This document shows, piece after piece, positions 62,072 through 64,000 of a stretch of DNA of 64,000 nucleotides. This DNA is from Limisphaerales bacterium (GTDB taxonomy: Bacteria; Verrucomicrobiota; Verrucomicrobiia; Limisphaerales; JAJOIW01): positions 240,113 through 304,112 of the forward strand of contig CBFHOE010000007.1 of assembly GCA_965657355.1 (NCBI GenBank), read 5' to 3'. Position 1 is the first letter of the stretch; each line of letters opens with the position of its first letter. The position numbers and the translations under genes are program-made. A model generated the notes under the pieces. It was not told the DNA's origin. It saw only the letters and a program-made list of their open reading frames with translations, and did no database searches.

Positions 62072-62343
62072 ATAAAAACATAGATAATTATTTTTGACAC
62101 GAACTCCCAGATTTTCAGCTGCTTTCAAGGGATCTTCCCAATCCTTTAACTGGTTAAGACTGCGATTCTTCAGCTCTTCTTCTTTTTGTGCTGCTAATAA
62201 CTCCTGAAACTCATCCAGTGTCTCACAGAAGATGGACAAAGGATTTTTTTAAAATTATATTTCTTAGCAGGATCTTTTTTACCTTGCCCCAAATAGGCTG
62301 TGGGGTTTTGGTTAAATTCTTTCGAAACTACTAAATGATGGCA

Positions 62344-63597
62344 CTAGTATTTTTTACCATTAAGCATAACACCAACCCAAGTCTTTCTTACGAAAAGATC
62401 ATAGGTAAAAAGGCAGACAAATGTGACCAAAAGCACAACAACACTATATTTTATTAAACCATAAGTTTCCCATCTTTGCAAAAATGCTGCAGTAATTGTG
62501 CAGAATGGCCTGTGCACCAGATACAACCAATATGATGCACCGACAAGAAAAGTTAAAACACGATTCCCATTTGGAATCATTTTTTCAGTCAGCCCGATTA
62601 GTGAAAGGGTTACACCCCATACATTGACTGCCTGCATAAAAGTAATGAATTCTACAAGCCAAGTCATCTCGATATCATCTTCGAGCATATTAGGTGCTAA
62701 CCCTTTAATCTCGATAGCCACATAACTTCCCAAATAATAAAGGTGCAGACAGACCGAAATCGTTGAAAATAGAGCTAATTTCCAAGCATGTTTTTTACAA
62801 AACTCTATAACCTGTCTGTAATGGTAGCCTATCCACCCACACAGAAAAAACCAATAATAACCGGTTAGTATTGCGGCGTCAGGCATCCACCTGAAGGATA
62901 CATTGAAGTGAAACGTCCCCCCCCATTTTAAAATACACCAGGATACAAATACGACCCCAAAGAGAAATACCAAACTGAATCCTGATTTGTAGATTTTTTC
63001 TATCTGCACTTTAAAAATATTAAAGCAATTTGGCAAAGTTTTCATTATCACACTTCGAATTAATAGAGTAATAAAGTAGAAAAATAGAAGCTGATAAATA
63101 AACCACAAATGCATAGTGTGAGGATCCCGCTCGCCTAGAAAGGGAAGCAAACTCAATTTAATAGCATTGGTGAAGTTCTCGAATACTGAATTATTAGCTT
63201 CAGTGTCTAATAACATATTTGCACCGAAACTCCACCCAAGCCTATCAAGCGGCCACAAAAAAAACCAAAATAGTATTAAGGGGATAAGGATGCGCTTACA
63301 CCTATTGATAACAAAAGAATATTTACCTCTCTTTTCAACCAGCATGGACCCAAAAAAACCTGCAAGGAGCATGAAGGCGGGCATGCGAAATGAGTGAATA
63401 AAAAATACAATTTGTTGTATTGGATAGGAATAAGCATCAACGTCTCGATAAGGATCTCTGAAATCATTTATTATTCCCTCGATATTATGATTATACGGAT
63501 AAGGCAAATACATGACTCCAGCATGGAGGAAGATCCCCATCAGCATCATTGAAGCTCTCATGAAGTCAACACCATGGTATCTATCATTTACTCCCAT
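62344..63597 (-). CDS. Acyltransferase family 3 (OpgC/MdoC-like)
   Basis: RYHGVDFMRA, HSFRMPAF..LAGFF, NRCKRI.IP, HLWF, ASYWLYLVH. Confidence 0.9.
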   Translation of the reverse strand: MGVNDRYHGVDFMRASMMLMGIFLHAGVMYLPYPYNHNIEGIINDFRDPYRDVDAYSYPIQQIVFFIHSFRMPAFMLLAGFFGSMLVEKRGKYSFVINRCKRILIPLILFWFFLWPLDRLGWSFGANMLLDTEANNSVFENFTNAIKLSLLPFLGERDPHTMHLWFIYQLLFFYFITLLIRSVIMKTLPNCFNIFKVQIEKIYKSGFSLVFLFGVVFVSWCILKWGGTFHFNVSFRWMPDAAILTGYYWFFLCGWIGYHYRQVIEFCKKHAWKLALFSTISVCLHLYYLGSYVAIEIKGLAPNMLEDDIEMTWLVEFITFMQAVNVWGVTLSLIGLTEKMIPNGNRVLTFLVGASYWLYLVHRPFCTITAAFLQRWETYGLIKYSVVVLLVTFVCLFTYDLFVRKTWVGVMLNGKKY

Positions 63598-64000
63598 GTG
63601 GCCTTCGTTATTTTCTGGTTATTGTTGCGAATGTTCATTTCGAGGTAACTAAAGATAGAAGCTGAGACTTAAAGAATTACATATCGTTTCCAGTTTAGTT
63701 ACAACTACATCAAATTTCACAGTTTCATAACCCAAAAACGGGCCCCCTGAATAGGGCTGTAGCAATCCCGTTTTGAGCATACCGATTATTTTAACTAGTA
63801 TATCGTTTGTGTTGGTCGTAACGATTCTGCGAATAGGTTCATTTTCTTAACTGGGTTTTTCATCAGGGAAAGAAATTTGTGAACTGACTTGTGTATTTCT
63901 GATATTTGAATTTCACACACCCATTTTTGCTGTTGGCATGTATTTTCTCTTTGTTCACAGTCTAAGAGATGTCTTGAAAGAAAGCGTAATCACCTCCTCG

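Larger units (their letters stand above)
43593..64000. mobile_element. Decayed tRNA-Leu-anchored genomic island (right end not found in the window)
   Basis: Integrase remnants, group II intron remnant, compositional mosaic, pseudogene debris and no housekeeping genes after the tRNA. Confidence 0.7.

Noticed and set aside
63735..63774. Inverted repeat AAAACGGG/CCCGTTTT as an IS end or riboswitch
   Set aside because: No transposase, partner end or recognisable aptamer in the window; cannot be assigned
43593..64000. attR copy of the tRNA-Leu 3' end
   Set aside because: No repeat of TTCAAGTCCCGCCTTCGGCACCA was found by eye; the island end is outside the window or has been lost
1..64000. CRISPR array, rRNA or intact transposase/reverse transcriptase
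   Set aside because: No regularly spaced repeats, rRNA signatures or such ORFs were observed

Overview
Bacterial chromosome segment, probably from a marine Verrucomicrobiota (inferred from the rplM-rpsI-argCJBDF order, the N-terminally extended LepB, and the ankyrin and integrase types). Bases 1-43.5 kb are AT-rich housekeeping backbone: cyclophilin, ygfZ, ilvA, purSQLF, a 2x[4Fe-4S] protein pair, lepAB, a phosphohexomutase, rplM-rpsI, argCJBDF, ispH, dgt, an RRM protein, yacG, an octaheme cytochrome, a rhomboid, an RluA-like protein, a SurA/PpiD-like protein, SprT-DUF2786 and AIM24. A decayed mosaic genomic island starts directly after tRNA-Leu(TAA) at 43506-43592. Its tyrosine integrase survives as an apparent N-terminal stub (43669) and a C-terminal pseudogene (~55.7-56.2 kb). 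Between them lie an ankyrin-family lipoprotein, the 3' end of a group II intron and a GC-richer C-P lyase operon (phnC-E fusion, D, G, H, I, J, K, L, M, LbH acetyltransferase, P). The most striking observation is that this otherwise intact operon encodes a PhnJ lacking three of the four cysteines required for the known radical-SAM chemistry, with no radical SAM gene nearby. The rest of the island holds secreted proteins with a predicted N-terminal Asp-His-His, a serine hydrolase, an NTF2 protein, an acyltransferase-3 and gene debris. All calls are by-eye motif recognition; no searches were run.
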